A stretch of DNA of 64,000 bases from Terriglobia bacterium (GCA_965218585.1 CBDCLE010000011.1:32001-96000); one strand, 5' to 3'; positions 8,433 to 19,350 are shown, numbered from the stretch's first letter. Numbers and translations: made by a program. Notes: generated by a model not told the origin, from the sequence alone.

Positions 8433-8639
8433 ATCTCCTTCCCAAAAAGAAAGACGGGCTCTCTCATCGAGATACAGACTGAGGAAGCCCGCGAATGATT
8501 TGAGAGGCTCCGCAGCCCCTTTATTTCATAGCATCTTATCACCCTTGGCGGGTTTTATTCCAAGTCCAAATCAGGTGCCTCCGAGCCTCCCCAGCCCTCA
8601 CGAATTGACTCCTGACACAACGGGTGCTAGGTTCCGCCC

Positions 8640-9977
8640 ATGGGCACCGAGAATCGGAACGAAGCTGTGCAACTTGAAGCACCGCCGGCCGACTGGACGT
8701 TGGCGATGCGCGTTCTCTTCCGTTTCTGTCTTGTGTATTTCGCTCTGTTTACACTTGCAACGAAAATTTCAGGGGGCCTCGTTCTTCTTCCTGATCGTTC
8801 GATCACGAGCGTGGGCATCCTATGGCCGCTACGGGGAGTCACTTTCTGGGTAGGGACCCACATCTTCGGCATCACCGAACCTCTCGAGTACACGGGAAAT
8901 AGCTGGGACACGAACTTCTACTGGGTACAGGCGGCGTGGGTGCTCTTCGTTGCCGTGCTGGGGGCCGGTGCCTGGTGCGCTCTGGACACCCGACGCCGAA
9001 ACTACGTGACGCTGCACAAGTGGATGCGGGTTTTCGTTCGGCTCGCGATCGCCTCACAGATGTTCGAGTACGGAATAACCAAGGTGATACCGGCACAGTT
9101 TCCGGCGCCTTCGCTGATTACGCTGGTGACGCCGGTGGGAGGTATCTCGCTGCAGGGACTGCTATGGACTTTCGTCGGGTCTTCTTTGTTGTACCAGATT
9201 CTGACGGGAGTCATTGAAGTGGCGGGCGGACTCCTGCTGCTCCACCATCGCACGACGCTGGTCGGCAGTTTTGTCGTCCTTGCGAGCATGATGCAGATCT
9301 TAGCGTTCAACATGCTGTATGACGTGGGAGTGAAGATGGTTACCTTCCACCTGATCCTGATGACGCTCTTCCTGATGGCTCCGGAGTGGACACGGCTTCG
9401 GGATTTCTTCTTCGGAAATCGTTCGGCCCCGCCGCCGGGGGAAGGGCGCTTGTTTCGCACCCACCGGGCCAACCGCGTTGCGGTGGCCGCCCAGATCCTG
9501 TTTGGTCTCTATGCGGTGGGTGTCTACACAAACATCACCTGGCTCTTCTGGAATGAAGGCGGCGGAGGAAGCCCCCGGTCAGTTCTCTACGGGATCTGGG
9601 ATGTCGAGCAGCTTGCCATAAACGGGGAAGTGGGCCCCGCAATCTTCAACGACTACGATCGCCAGTGGCGGCGCGTCATTTTTGACGAACCCGATGAAAT
9701 GGTGTTTCAACGCACCGACGATTCGTTTTCCCGGTATGGGGTTTCAATCGACGATAACAGCAATATCCTTGTGCTGAACAAGGGGGAGAGTCGGACCTGG
9801 CGTTCCGGTTTCATCTTCCAGCGCCCGGCCGAGGATCAACTGATTCTCGAAGGAGACATGGACAACTACAGTATCCGCATGGAACTCAGGCTGATTCAGC
9901 CCGACACGTTCCAACTTCTCAACAGCCATTTCCGTTGGGTTCGCCCCCCCGATCCTGGAACCGAGTCAACCCGCTAG
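8640..9977 (+). CDS. DoxX-like multi-pass membrane protein
   Basis: Many TM segments; YGITKVIPAQFP, GLLWTFVGSS..YQ..TG..E, FNMLYDVGVK motifs; soluble C-terminal domain. Confidence 0.7.
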   Translation: MGTENRNEAVQLEAPPADWTLAMRVLFRFCLVYFALFTLATKISGGLVLLPDRSITSVGILWPLRGVTFWVGTHIFGITEPLEYTGNSWDTNFYWVQAAWVLFVAVLGAGAWCALDTRRRNYVTLHKWMRVFVRLAIASQMFEYGITKVIPAQFPAPSLITLVTPVGGISLQGLLWTFVGSSLLYQILTGVIEVAGGLLLLHHRTTLVGSFVVLASMMQILAFNMLYDVGVKMVTFHLILMTLFLMAPEWTRLRDFFFGNRSAPPPGEGRLFRTHRANRVAVAAQILFGLYAVGVYTNITWLFWNEGGGGSPRSVLYGIWDVEQLAINGEVGPAIFNDYDRQWRRVIFDEPDEMVFQRTDDSFSRYGVSIDDNSNILVLNKGESRTWRSGFIFQRPAEDQLILEGDMDNYSIRMELRLIQPDTFQLLNSHFRWVRPPDPGTESTR

Positions 9978-9993
9978 GATCCCTCGATCCAGA

Positions 9994-10470
9994 CTATTGC
10001 CTCTCATACACCACCGTGCTCTCAATTTCTTCTCCGGCCGCGTTCCTTTCGGCGGTGACTGTTGTCAGCGTCTGCCCATCCGAAGAGACCGTGGTCCGCG
10101 CTTGGGCAACCTGGCCGCCATCGACCTTTATGACGACGTCGTAGGTATAGTCGTCGATCCTGGTGTAAGCATTGGTGAGCACATAGTCGACACCCTGGAC
10201 CGCGTAGTCTCTCCCATCGAACTGACCGGCCCATTCCAGGTGAATCACGCCGCCCCGTTCTCCAACGATGTCGTAGATGACCTTGAGACCATCTCCCGAG
10301 GGCTCGATCCAGCAGGTCGTTCTCTTAAAGCGAGTGGAATTCTGTTGAGACTTCTCCGTGTTGAGCTCCCAGGTTCCGAACAAGGGGACAGGCACTTGAC
10401 CCTCCAGAGCGGAAGGCAGCATCATTGTGGCTAGGATTATCAGAAAGGCAGGAGTACGCCAGGTCGACAT
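9994..10470 (-). CDS. Secreted lipocalin-like hypothetical protein
   Basis: Signal peptide; GTWELNTEKS, FDGRDYAV, VSSDGQTLT, VYERQ pattern. Confidence 0.7.
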   Translation of the reverse strand: MSTWRTPAFLIILATMMLPSALEGQVPVPLFGTWELNTEKSQQNSTRFKRTTCWIEPSGDGLKVIYDIVGERGGVIHLEWAGQFDGRDYAVQGVDYVLTNAYTRIDDYTYDVVIKVDGGQVAQARTTVSSDGQTLTTVTAERNAAGEEIESTVVYERQ

Positions 10471-10542
10471 GAGGCAAAGGATCACACTCTCTCCCTGGCC
10501 TGTCAACAGGTGCCTCTCCCAGAGAAACTGTCTGTTATCAAC

Positions 10543-10971
10543 ATGAGGACCGACCCATCAAACCTGACGAGGGAAGCCCCCCACCCCATCGTCTTCTTCG
10601 ACGGGGTCTGCGGCCTCTGCAACGGTTTCGTGGACTTCATCCTGGCCTGGGACCCGGGAGGAAGGTTTCGTTTCGCAGCCCTACAGGGCGAGACTTTCAG
10701 GGGCGTCGATCTTGGGGAGGCACGAGCTGGGCAACCGACGAGCATAGTCCTCTGGGACAACCACCGGGCTTACATAAAATCCGATGCCGTCCTGCGAATA
10801 TTCGAGGGGCTCGGTGGCGGATGGGCTCTGCTGACCCTGCTACGCCTCGTTCCAGCCTCCGGCCGGGACTTCGTCTACGATCTCGTCGCCAGCAACCGCT
10901 ACCGTTGGTTCGGCAAGCGGGACACCTGCCGTCTGCCGTCCCCCGAAGAGCGGGACCGCTTCCTGTCCTAA
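10543..10971 (+). CDS. DCC1-like thiol-disulfide oxidoreductase (DUF393)
   Basis: FFDGVCGLCN, FRFAALQ, RDFVYDLVASNRYRWFGK. Confidence 0.9.
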   Translation: MRTDPSNLTREAPHPIVFFDGVCGLCNGFVDFILAWDPGGRFRFAALQGETFRGVDLGEARAGQPTSIVLWDNHRAYIKSDAVLRIFEGLGGGWALLTLLRLVPASGRDFVYDLVASNRYRWFGKRDTCRLPSPEERDRFLS

Positions 10972-11074
10972 GGGCAGAGACCGGACTCCCCTCGCATTTC
11001 CCCCAACCGTGCGCTTCTGGGATTCCCCGGGTTTTCCAATCAAGATCGAAAAATTCGCCTCTGACGCAATCCTC

Positions 11075-11105
11075 TTGACTTACGGCCTGTCATAAATCTA
11101 ATAAT
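11075..11105 (+). promoter_or_regulatory. Putative sigma70 promoter for the EAL/HDOD gene
   Basis: TTGACT followed about 18 bp later by AT-rich TAATAAT. Confidence 0.35.
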
Positions 11106-11182
11106 TATAGGAATTATTGGTATGCGGGCCGTGATCGAATGATCCGGTTGCCCAGAATCAGATCAAAGAGCAGGGAAACGAC

Positions 11183-12385
11183 ATGGAAAAGACCTACGTT
11201 AGTCGAAAGCCGATATACGAGTCCAACGTCCGGCTGCACGCGTATGAACTCGTCTCACAACCCCGTGAGGGTGTAAATTCATTCCCGACCGTCGCGGACC
11301 TTGAAACGGTCCGTGCAGACCTGGGAACCTTTTCTGAAGTAGGGCTGGATCAGATCGTCGGAGATCAACAGGCCTTTGTAGACCTCTCCCGTGAGGCAGT
11401 TCTGGCGGGATACTGCCTTTCACTCTCAAAAAACCGCGTCATCCTGGAAATCCTCGACGACATCGTTTCCGACCCCGAGCTCCGGGACGAGCTTCGGGAC
11501 TTGTCTCAGATGGGATACAAGATCGCGGTCGGAAACACGACCCCGGAGGCCCTGAATAGAAACGGCCGGTCAGTGGCAGACATCGTTCGCATAGACGTCC
11601 AGGGTCTGGATGAGGACGAGGTTGCCGAACAGGTGGGCGCGTTTTCCCGTCTCAGCGTCCGTCTTCTGGCGGACAAAGTCGACACATACGAACAGTTCGA
11701 GTTGTGCAAGAGACAGAAGTTCGATATGTACCAGGGACATTTCTTCTGCACGCCACGACGCAGGGGCACCGAAATACCCGTCAACCGCCTCGCCGCGGTA
11801 CGCATCCTCGGAAAACTCCAGAACCCCGATCTCGGCCTCGACGAGTTGGAGTCCGCAATCAGCACAGACTTGGCACTCAGCTATAAGCTGTTGCGTTTCG
11901 CCAACTCTGCGTTTATCGGCCTCAACAGGACTGTTGAGTCAATCAACCACGCGGCCAAGATGGTAGGAATCGAACGGATTCGCATGTGGGCAAGCCTTCT
12001 CATGTTCTCAAAGATGGAAGACAAGCCGCGTGAACTGATGATTACAGCGATCGTGCGCGCTGCGATGTGTGAACGGCTGGCTTCTTCAGCGGACGAAGGT
12101 CCGAGAGAGACATTCTTCACAGTGGGCCTGCTCTCGGTTCTCGATGCATTGATGGACCGGCCCATGGGGGAGGCGCTCGAGGAGTTGCCGGTTTCAGACG
12201 AAATCAGGTCGGCACTGATAGACCGGGAGGGATCTCGTGGCGAGGCGCTTCGGTGTGCTCTCGCTCAGGAACGTGGGGACTGGGACCAGGTCCAGTATAG
12301 AGATCTTCGCCCGATGACGATCCGGAGCCACTATTTGGATTCTCTCGGTTGGGCGCGGCGGATTAGTGAGGGGTTGAATATTTAA
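11183..12385 (+). CDS. EAL + HDOD domain protein (YuxH/PdeH-like; EAL motifs partly degenerate)
   Basis: YVSRKPIY...AYELV, ILEILD, LLADKVDT, YQGHFF; HDOD motif DLALSYKLLRFANSA. Confidence 0.85.
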   Translation: MEKTYVSRKPIYESNVRLHAYELVSQPREGVNSFPTVADLETVRADLGTFSEVGLDQIVGDQQAFVDLSREAVLAGYCLSLSKNRVILEILDDIVSDPELRDELRDLSQMGYKIAVGNTTPEALNRNGRSVADIVRIDVQGLDEDEVAEQVGAFSRLSVRLLADKVDTYEQFELCKRQKFDMYQGHFFCTPRRRGTEIPVNRLAAVRILGKLQNPDLGLDELESAISTDLALSYKLLRFANSAFIGLNRTVESINHAAKMVGIERIRMWASLLMFSKMEDKPRELMITAIVRAAMCERLASSADEGPRETFFTVGLLSVLDALMDRPMGEALEELPVSDEIRSALIDREGSRGEALRCALAQERGDWDQVQYRDLRPMTIRSHYLDSLGWARRISEGLNI

Positions 12386-12700
12386 GGGGCACCCGCACGG
12401 TCTGATGCCTGCCGGATCGTGTGACCGGTACTTCAGAAGATTTCGCTCGGTCGTTCATTCAGACATCCTGTCTGAACGACCGGCGACGCTCGCAATCATC
12501 CTGATTGCAAGCCCTCTTTGGACTCAACGATACTTTTCGGTAAGTGCTGACGGGCCCGCAGTCAGGAGACTGCGGGCTGCAAAGGTCGTTCGGCCAGGAT
12601 GGCCGTCTGAACGACCGCCGCAGGTCTTCTCGTTCACAATCGAGCGAAACCAGCCGTCGCCAGAAAATGCTGATGACCTGCAACGAAATGGGCAAGCAAC

Positions 12701-14134
12701 CTATTCATCAAAATACGCATCCTTAAACCTCTGATACCTTTCCCGCACTCCTTCATCCCGGTCCGGTTCGATCGTTCGCCCCTCGTCCAGCAACAATTCC
12801 ATCGCCTCCCGGGTCTCGGTCCCGAGCGCGGCGAAACCACACCGTGCGGCGCCGCGGAGAGTGGCCAGTCCGGCTGAGGCCGGCTCGAGGACAGGGCCGG
12901 GAATAACAGCGGCCAATATGGGTACCAGCTCCTCGGTGTGGAATGCGTTCCCCGAAAGAACGCTGCGCTCGGAAGCCTGGCCTAATACCTCCCCGACCCA
13001 TTCGAAATACATTCCAAGCTGGAACGCCACTCCTTCAACAACAGAGCGTCCCCGCCGGTTGAGGTCTCGATCCTTCCCCCTTTGTCCGGGGAAGCGCCAG
13101 CGTGCTTCCTTTCCCGAATCCCAGAACGGGGTGCGTTCTCCTCGAATGTGAGGGAAGAACAGTCCCGGCTGATCTTCGGTCGTATCTCTGTTGAAGCTCG
13201 TTACACCCAGTTCCCGGCGTGCCCAGTCGAGAACATTCCCACCGTTGTTACTTGCGGCTCCCACCAGAAACGAATCCGGACCGTAGCGATAACAGAAGAT
13301 CCCTCGATGGTTGTCACCCGAAGCGATCGGGTTGAAACGGCGCACGCTGGCCGTAGTTCCGACGGTGATCGCCGTCCTGCCTGGGGTTTCACATCCCGAA
13401 CCCAGGGTCGCCAGAAATCCATCTCCCCCGCCGGCGATGACTCGAATACCTGCCTGAAGGTGAAGCAACTCGGCAGCCGCTTCCGACAGTGGGCCGATCA
13501 AATCTGTTGTTTCGAGCACTTCGGGCAAAATTGATTCGTGGATCCTCAGGGCTTTGAGCGTTTCCTGATCCCATTCTCTCGTATGGAGGTTGAGCAGACC
13601 CGATGCGGACGCCGTTGAGACGTCTTCGGCCCAGTTTTCGGTCAGCTGAGCACCGACGTACGCCTTGACCGAAACCGCTCGTTTCGCTCTGCCGAAAAGC
13701 CCCGGGCTCTCCTTGCCTAAGCGTGCGAGCTTGTACGCAGGGAATGAGGGGTGAAAATAGGCTCCCGTCCGCTGCCGGTAGTCTTCGCCGAAAACCCGGT
13801 CGGCGTCATCAAGCTCAGGGCTTTCCGTATCCATCCACGTGTAGACAGGGGACTCGGGGACGCCTTCCGAGTCTGTGAGTAAAAGCGTATGCATCATCGA
13901 AGAGAGGGCAATGGCGTCAGGCGGGTCCATTCCCGAGACGCACCGCCGGATGGATTCGCTCGTCTGCTCCCATATGAAGGATGCCGAAAGGGTTTCCCTC
14001 CCCTTATCGTCAGGAATAAATTGCCACGGAACTTCGGCGGTATGCAGCGGGCTGAGGTTGGAGTCTACAAGGCTGGCCGAAACACCTCCCGAGGCGATGT
14101 CCACGGCCAGGACTCGGTGGCCACGTGTGCCCAT
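12701..14134 (-). CDS. gntK: Gluconokinase (FGGY family)
   Basis: SSMMHTL, YTWMD, RTGAYFHPSFP, STASASGL, GGGDG, GAASNNGG, GERTPFW; coupled to gnd by a TGATG overlap. Confidence 0.8.
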   Translation of the reverse strand: MGTRGHRVLAVDIASGGVSASLVDSNLSPLHTAEVPWQFIPDDKGRETLSASFIWEQTSESIRRCVSGMDPPDAIALSSMMHTLLLTDSEGVPESPVYTWMDTESPELDDADRVFGEDYRQRTGAYFHPSFPAYKLARLGKESPGLFGRAKRAVSVKAYVGAQLTENWAEDVSTASASGLLNLHTREWDQETLKALRIHESILPEVLETTDLIGPLSEAAAELLHLQAGIRVIAGGGDGFLATLGSGCETPGRTAITVGTTASVRRFNPIASGDNHRGIFCYRYGPDSFLVGAASNNGGNVLDWARRELGVTSFNRDTTEDQPGLFFPHIRGERTPFWDSGKEARWRFPGQRGKDRDLNRRGRSVVEGVAFQLGMYFEWVGEVLGQASERSVLSGNAFHTEELVPILAAVIPGPVLEPASAGLATLRGAARCGFAALGTETREAMELLLDEGRTIEPDRDEGVRERYQRFKDAYFDE

Positions 14135-15042
14135 CAATCGCCGGGAGAAAACCCGTGGCCCCCGAACTCGTGACGGAGCGCCGCAAGAAGCCTGCTGGAA
14201 AAAGCATCCCCGTCACGGGACTGGAGCCTCGAGAGCAGGGCGAGAGTGATGACCGGAGCCGGAACGTCGAGATCGATCGCTTCAGCAACCGTCCAGCGTC
14301 CCTCTCCGGAATCCTCTACGCCCGAGCCGATGCCTTCAAGCGAGGGGTTCTCCTCGAGAGCTTTGCCGGTCAACTCCAACAGCCAGGAACGAATGACGCT
14401 GCCACTGTTCCAGATATCGGCAATTCCGCCCAGGTCGAGGTTGAGATCTTCTTTCTTTTCGAGCAAGGCGAAGCCTTCTGCATAGGCCTGCATGAGCCCG
14501 TACTCGATTCCGTTGTGGATCATCTTCACGAAGTGCCCCGCACCGGAAGTTCCGACCCGTCCCCACCCTTTGGCCTCATCGGGAGCGAGCGCTCTGAATA
14601 TCGGGTCCATGCGATCTACGGTGTCTGGATCGCCACCGATCATCAGACAATATCCGTCGTCCTCACCCCGTATGCCCCCGCTGGTTCCCACGTCGAGATA
14701 TCGGACTCCGCGCCCGTTGAGACTCTTGCTTCGGCGAACGCTGTCCTTGTAATTCGAATTGCCTCCGTCGATCAGGACAGCATCCTTTCCCAACGCGGGC
14801 ACGATCTCTTCGATCGTTTCGTCGACGCTGTTTCCGGCAGGCACCATGAGCCATAATGCGCGGGGCTCGTCCAGCTTTTCGACCAGCTCGGCAATGGAGG
14901 ACACCGTATCGAGTCCGCTGCCGGTGAGCCGGGCGCGAGGGTCCGGGTCAGAATCGAACCCGACCACCTGATGTCCTTTCCCCCCCAGACGCCGGGCTAT
15001 TCCCGCCCCCATCCGTCCCAGGCCAACGATCCCGAGCTGCAT
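14134..15042 (-). CDS. gnd: 6-phosphogluconate dehydrogenase, decarboxylating (short YqeC type)
   Basis: GLGRMG, WLMVPAG, IDGGNS, DVGTSGG, GHFVKMIHNGIEYG, DSGEGRW, LRHEFGGH. Confidence 0.95.
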   Translation of the reverse strand: MQLGIVGLGRMGAGIARRLGGKGHQVVGFDSDPDPRARLTGSGLDTVSSIAELVEKLDEPRALWLMVPAGNSVDETIEEIVPALGKDAVLIDGGNSNYKDSVRRSKSLNGRGVRYLDVGTSGGIRGEDDGYCLMIGGDPDTVDRMDPIFRALAPDEAKGWGRVGTSGAGHFVKMIHNGIEYGLMQAYAEGFALLEKKEDLNLDLGGIADIWNSGSVIRSWLLELTGKALEENPSLEGIGSGVEDSGEGRWTVAEAIDLDVPAPVITLALLSRLQSRDGDAFSSRLLAALRHEFGGHGFSPGD

Positions 15043-15091
15043 CCTTTAGATCTCCTTCGTCCACTTGGTGTTCTGCATGATACGTCAGGAA

Positions 15092-17602
15092 TCACGCCAT
15101 TGCTCGAAGAGTGGCTTCGAGCCGGCGCGTGAAGGAGGTATACGATTCGTCTTCGATGGCCCGGACCGGCGCCCCGATCTTCAGACGGACGGGGCCCGGG
15201 TGCGGCCTGGCCGCACCCGGAGGAAGGGCTTCGAACGTGCCTCCCAGGTGCAGCGGCACAACCGGAATCTGAAGACGGACGGCCATGAAACCCACACCGG
15301 GTTGAAAGGGGCCAATGGCACCATCCTCGGTCCGTCTGCCTTCAGGGAAGACCAGCGGACAGTATCCCGAGCTGACCAGGTTTCCCGTGTATCGCAGAGA
15401 TTCGCGCACACGTCCCAATTGTTGCGGCAGAGGGTAGGCATTGAATGCCAGCGCAACCAGGAAGTATTCCAAACGGCTGACAAGTGGGCGCCGTTTCAGC
15501 TGGAAATACTCCGACCGAACGGCCGGTGCGATCCTCCGGCGCCAGCTGCGGGGGAGGCCCTCGAGAATCACCGGGGTATCGAGATGACTGGCGTGGTTGG
15601 ATACAAACAACACCGGACCCGGGACTGAGGCCAGGTTTTCGACCCCTTCAACTCTGGGCCGGACGAAACACCGCAACAACGGGTAGATCAGAACCGTCTG
15701 AAGAACGCTGCGGGCCACTCGCACGGGCAGGTAACGAGACCACCGCTGGGGAGACAGTTCGTGGCCGACCCGAACGCCTCCGGCCTGATCCGGGGACAGC
15801 CATCTTTCGCGGGCGGCCCCAACCTGAGCGTTGAGTTCGGCGACGGTCGTCGCTTCCGAGAAATCGGTCTCCTCCAGCTCAATCCCGTATCGGGACTCCA
15901 GCCCTGCAAGCAGATCGATGCGTTCGAGAGACGAAAGTCCCAGTTCTTCTGTGAGACGCGTATCGGGCGTCAGCTCTCGCCCGCGTGGGCCGATCAGTCC
16001 CGTGAGGGTGTCGAGGAACGTGGAAGGTCCTCTCTCTGGGTCTTCTCCTCGATCGCCGGTCTGGGTGTTCACCGACTCGGCGACAAGACGGCGCTGTATC
16101 TTGTGTGTCGAAGCGGTGCGCGGAAAGTCCTCTCCGGTCCAGATCGACCAGCTCCGAATGCGCTGCCCGGGTTCAAGCAGCCGATTACCGGCCGCGATCA
16201 GGGCCTCGGGGCTTTCGGCCCTCGCTTCCAGAATCAGGACGGCATGGGGCAGTTCGCCATGGGCGCCCCGAACGGGTATGACGACGCTGTCACGAATACC
16301 CTCAGCCTCATTGAGAATCTGCTCGATGTCGTCAGGATAGACATTGATGCCGTCCGCGGTAACGATGATGTCCCTCTTTCGTCCCCGGTAAACCAGGTTC
16401 CCCTCCGAGTCGAGTTCGCCGATGTCTCCGGTGTGAAACCAACCCTCGGCGTCAGTCGCCGGACGGACTTCGGACCGGCCCTGGGTGTACTCCTCGACGA
16501 CACTGGGGCCGCGCACCCACACTTCGCCGCCGGCTGCGATTCTGATCTCCTGGTCACCGATCGTTTTGCCGACGGTGCCACGGCGCACCCGGAAGGGGTG
16601 ATTCAGCGTGACGATGGGGCTGGCTTCGGTCAAACCGTAACCCTGGACGACCAGCATCCCGATTCGAGACCAGAATCTTTCAATGGAAGGATTGAGCTCG
16701 GCTCCCCCGACGACAAGCGACCAGAACTTCCATCCGAATTCCCGATGGATCCTTCGGTAACGCCAACACCGCTTGAAGACACCCTCACCCTCCGGCAGGG
16801 CAAATCCGGTTTCCGGATGTCGCCTCCGGATGTCCGTTCCCAGGGTCTCCAGGACATGCGGAACGGTGACAAGCACCGAGACCCGTTCGGTTCGGATCGT
16901 CCGACGGATGGCCGAGGGATGAAGGTCGGACTGAAAGACAACAGAACCCCCGAGAAGCACGGGGATGAATACACCCATCGACTGACCGAACATGTGGCTC
17001 AACGGAACCATGTCTAGAAGTCGGACCGGCTGGAAGGGACGGGCCCAGTGCCGGTACCGGTCGATCTCCCGGTCAATGGGAGTGAGGTTTGAACAGATAT
17101 TGCGGTGCCGGTGAATAACGCCCTTGGGATCGGCCGTCGTCCCGGACGTGTAAAGGATCTCTACGATCCCGTCAGCGTCCACCGCCCCTTCGCCGTGGTC
17201 CACAGGCAGGGGAAGCTCTCCGAGGTCCTCGATCCGAAAGACCGGGTCCTCGGGCCTGAAGTCCGATGGACTGGATCCACGGACGAGGAGCCTGGTCCCC
17301 GCTTCGGCCCTGATCCCGGCCACGCGACGCGGAGTTGAATGGGCATCGAGAGGAACCACGACGACACCACGGCTGAGGCAAGCCCAGAAGACGGCGATCC
17401 ATTCGGGTCTGTTTTCACTCCAGAGAAGAAGCCGGTCTCCGGGCGCGAACCCCTGCTGATCCAGGTAAGCCGCAAACCGCGTGATTCCGTCGCCGAGATC
17501 CTGATAGGACCAGTTCCAGGTCCGGATTCCGTTCGAGAATCGGATGGCCTCCCTGGAACCGAAAGATCGGATTCGTGGGAGGAGTTCAAGCAGGGTTTCC
17601 AT
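15092..17602 (-). CDS. Acyl-CoA/acyl-ACP synthetase + ACP + PlsC-type acyltransferase fusion
   Basis: YTSGTT..PKG, QGYGLTE, WFHTGD; carrier motif LGLSSL; NHASHLD and FPEGRR acyltransferase motifs. Confidence 0.9.
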   Translation of the reverse strand: METLLELLPRIRSFGSREAIRFSNGIRTWNWSYQDLGDGITRFAAYLDQQGFAPGDRLLLWSENRPEWIAVFWACLSRGVVVVPLDAHSTPRRVAGIRAEAGTRLLVRGSSPSDFRPEDPVFRIEDLGELPLPVDHGEGAVDADGIVEILYTSGTTADPKGVIHRHRNICSNLTPIDREIDRYRHWARPFQPVRLLDMVPLSHMFGQSMGVFIPVLLGGSVVFQSDLHPSAIRRTIRTERVSVLVTVPHVLETLGTDIRRRHPETGFALPEGEGVFKRCWRYRRIHREFGWKFWSLVVGGAELNPSIERFWSRIGMLVVQGYGLTEASPIVTLNHPFRVRRGTVGKTIGDQEIRIAAGGEVWVRGPSVVEEYTQGRSEVRPATDAEGWFHTGDIGELDSEGNLVYRGRKRDIIVTADGINVYPDDIEQILNEAEGIRDSVVIPVRGAHGELPHAVLILEARAESPEALIAAGNRLLEPGQRIRSWSIWTGEDFPRTASTHKIQRRLVAESVNTQTGDRGEDPERGPSTFLDTLTGLIGPRGRELTPDTRLTEELGLSSLERIDLLAGLESRYGIELEETDFSEATTVAELNAQVGAARERWLSPDQAGGVRVGHELSPQRWSRYLPVRVARSVLQTVLIYPLLRCFVRPRVEGVENLASVPGPVLFVSNHASHLDTPVILEGLPRSWRRRIAPAVRSEYFQLKRRPLVSRLEYFLVALAFNAYPLPQQLGRVRESLRYTGNLVSSGYCPLVFPEGRRTEDGAIGPFQPGVGFMAVRLQIPVVPLHLGGTFEALPPGAARPHPGPVRLKIGAPVRAIEDESYTSFTRRLEATLRAMA

Positions 17603-17940
17603 TGCGCAGCCTCAGCCTGCAGTTCGAGGGCGGATTATATAGTGAATGCTATACATAAGATATATATATTTAAAATACTTATATTAGGTGCTTTATGTTG
17701 TCTAAATTTGTGTGCCGTCGCGCACCCTAACTTCAGGTTGCCCGTCACCCCCTTTCGTATCATAGCGCGAGGGAAGAATCTCTCCTTCCTGTGAAGACGC
17801 GGTGGTAGGCTGGGATTGGCGGATGCGCCCCTGACCTGGTCCGGGCCGGTGATGAACTGTGGGTGTCGGACGGGTCGAATTCATCCGTCGCGATGCTGAC
17901 CTTAGCAGACCGCATCAGTCCAACAGGTAAGGTGCCCATT

Positions 17941-19329
17941 ATGAGGAGACCAGCCGCGACCCCGAGATTTCGAACTTCCGGATTGACCACCTGCCTCCTT
18001 TTCTTGGCCCTGGCCCCTGCTTCGGCCGCGGCTCAGCGGACCCAACTCGAGCCCGGCTTCAACATCATCTCGATCGAGGAAGAGATTGCGATGGGGCGCC
18101 AGGTTGCCGCCGAAGCCGAACAGGAGCTCACACTCATCGATGACACGCTCCTGGGCGAATACATCAACCGCCTCGGACAACAGCTTGCAACCGTGGCCCC
18201 GTTTGAGGCTTACGCCTACGAGTTCACCCTCGTCAACGATTCCGGCATCAACGCGTTCGCTCTACCCGGGGGCTTCATCTATATCAATCGGGGAATCATC
18301 GAGGCCGCCGATCGGGAAGCCGAAGTAGCGGGTGTCCTTGCCCACGAAATCGGACACGTCGCACTACGCCACGGCACGAGTCAGGCATCCAAAGCCTCTA
18401 TCGCCCAGGCACCTCTGACGATCCTGGGCGGTATCTTTGGAGGCGGCAACGGCGTAGGGTCGATACTGACCCAGTTGGGGATCGGTTTCGGAGCCAATTC
18501 TGTGTTCCTTAAGTTCTCTCGCGATGCAGAGCGCGAGGCCGACCTCATAGGTGCGCAGATACTCTACGATGCCGGTTACGACCCGACTGGAATGACGGAG
18601 TTCTTCGAGAAATTGGCAGCGGACGGCGGGAGTCGGGGAACTGAGTTCTTCAGCAGCCACCCCAATCCGGACAACCGCCTGGACGACGTGGCCGGGGAGA
18701 TTGATCGGCTCGGGGAGCCACCGGCCACGTACTTCAGTAATTTTTCTGAATTCCGGCGCATCAAGGAACGGCTGGCCGACATCCCTGAAGAAGAGAGGTC
18801 CCGAACCGATGACGTGACCGAGGAGCGCCCTCGGACGCGTCCTCCGGAACTGCCCTCGAGGCGGTATCAGAACTATCAGACCAGCAGTCTTCGCATGGTT
18901 CATCCTGTGAACTGGCGGGCTTACGAAACAGCGGACTCGGTGACCTTCGCACCTGATCGCGGAATCGCTCCGGATAATGGCGGCCTCGGTTACGGGTTGC
19001 TTGTATCAACATTCGAACCCACGCCGGACAGAAGAGGGCGCCTGACGCTGGAAGACGCCACCGACCAGCTGATTCGAAGCCTCCGGGGGAGGAATCCTTC
19101 AATGCGCATCGGTCAGGGATACCGCAGGGAACTCTTGGATGGCTGGAACGCCTTGTCGGTCGGTATCGATTCGGAGTCCCCCTTTGGAGGCCCGGAAAGG
19201 GATTGGCTGGTTACGGCTTTTGGGCCTAACGGAAGGTTCTACTACTTCATCGCAGTGGCTCCGGACCAAGCGTTTGACGACTACGAGCCCACCTTCGGAA
19301 CAATCTTCGATTCCCTGCGTTTCAGATAG
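17941..19329 (+). CDS. M48 family metallopeptidase with C-terminal extension
   Basis: Signal peptide; INAFALPGG, AHEIGH, FSRDAEREAD, SHP. Confidence 0.9.
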   Translation: MRRPAATPRFRTSGLTTCLLFLALAPASAAAQRTQLEPGFNIISIEEEIAMGRQVAAEAEQELTLIDDTLLGEYINRLGQQLATVAPFEAYAYEFTLVNDSGINAFALPGGFIYINRGIIEAADREAEVAGVLAHEIGHVALRHGTSQASKASIAQAPLTILGGIFGGGNGVGSILTQLGIGFGANSVFLKFSRDAEREADLIGAQILYDAGYDPTGMTEFFEKLAADGGSRGTEFFSSHPNPDNRLDDVAGEIDRLGEPPATYFSNFSEFRRIKERLADIPEEERSRTDDVTEERPRTRPPELPSRRYQNYQTSSLRMVHPVNWRAYETADSVTFAPDRGIAPDNGGLGYGLLVSTFEPTPDRRGRLTLEDATDQLIRSLRGRNPSMRIGQGYRRELLDGWNALSVGIDSESPFGGPERDWLVTAFGPNGRFYYFIAVAPDQAFDDYEPTFGTIFDSLRFR

Positions 19330-19350
19330 CGCGCGAAGCTCTGGTCCGGG

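Noticed and set aside
15761-17017. Long antisense ORFs (e.g. 418 aa here; also 3653..4543, 5656..6534, 32636..33466, 54639..55568)
   Set aside because: Shadow or alternate frames of well-supported genes in GC-rich DNA, with no recognisable motifs
17675-17702. dif (XerC/D) site
   Set aside because: TTATGTT resembles a XerD arm, but the rest (GTCT instead of AAAT) and the XerC arm do not fit
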